The position numbers and the translations under genes are program-made. A model generated the notes under the pieces. The model saw nothing but the letters and a program-made list of their open reading frames with translations, had not been told where the DNA came from and searched no databases. From assembly GCA_043228905.1 (NCBI GenBank), contig JBHGNT010000018.1, positions 3,038,001 to 3,102,000 of the forward strand: 64,000 nt of DNA. Reading direction: 5' to 3'. The stretch comes from Azolla caroliniana (taxonomy: Eukaryota; Plantae; Polypodiophyta). Within the stretch, counting starts at the first letter, position 1, and each line of letters begins with the position of its first letter. Positions 63,287 through 64,000 of the stretch are shown here, piece after piece.

Positions 63287-64000
63287 GTATGTACATGCCA
63301 CATTCTCCCACTTTTTAATGTTTAAATAGTGCTGCTGTACGCACATGTTTCACAGTGATATTTTCTTGATGTTTGGATATGCGTATGCTTTGGGCTATTT
63401 GAAAGTGCTTCATCTTACTTGGAATCTGATAAAAAGGTTTATACTGGAAGCATACACTACAATTTGACACAGTTTCTAAAAGTCTAGCTAGTATCCTGCG
63501 CACAAGAGATCAAGAAATTTATTAGGAGATCAGAAATTCACAAACAACTAATGCACAATTTTTAGAAAACAAGTTGCTGATTCGTATAAGATGATTACTT
63601 GAAGAAAACTGTTTTCAGCTGATTCCAGTATTCTTCTTTTGGAAGAATGTTTGACATCGTGAGAATAGGATTACAGCTTTCATACTGAGCATGATAACCT
63701 GGTTGTTAGAGTCCAGATCTATCGGCAGTGAGAGACAGACCCATGTGCCCATCGGTGTCCCATACCACCACGAATGGACAAGGTTTGTACCCTGGTAGCT
63801 AAGGGAACTCTTGAGAGCCTTGGCACACTGCAGAGTCTGACATGACGTAGAATAATTGATCCCCATAAGTCTGCAATGGCAGGAGATAATAACCTTCATC
63901 TGTCAATGATAAGGGTGGTGAGGTCATGGTCCAGGAGGATGGCCTACGTGCATGTCAAATTTCTATTGCCTGATCTATTGTATCCCCTTTGCAAATCCTA

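Overview
AT-rich eukaryotic nuclear DNA from a land plant. A fern is the most likely source (inference from a fern-style PLS-PPR remnant, intron structure and abundant microsatellites). Five spliced genes can be reconstructed with GT-AG junctions: a folate-biopterin (BT1) transporter, an At1g01500-like protein, an ALT-type acyl-lipid thioesterase (minus strand), a remorin, and the first 20 exons of a GSL8/GSL10-type callose synthase that runs off the window. There is also one orphan single-exon ORF. Between the genes lie degenerate non-LTR retrotransposons (RTEX-like and L1-like), MITEs, tRNA-like Pol III boxes and many tandem repeats. The most unusual locus is at 43.1-45.0 kb. It is an intronless, GC-rich GT47 exostosin gene that resembles animal EXT1 more than typical plant GT47s and is disrupted by one in-frame TGA and one frameshift. 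Nine near-identical 82-bp repeats run right up to its ATG, each carrying an ATG-TGG-TAT-TGA mini-uORF. Other notable signals: a four-copy MITE family always co-oriented 5' of coding sequence, eight same-strand W-boxes upstream of callose synthase, and alternating-orientation retro-fragments bracketing callose synthase exon blocks. All family assignments come from remembered motifs; no database search was run.
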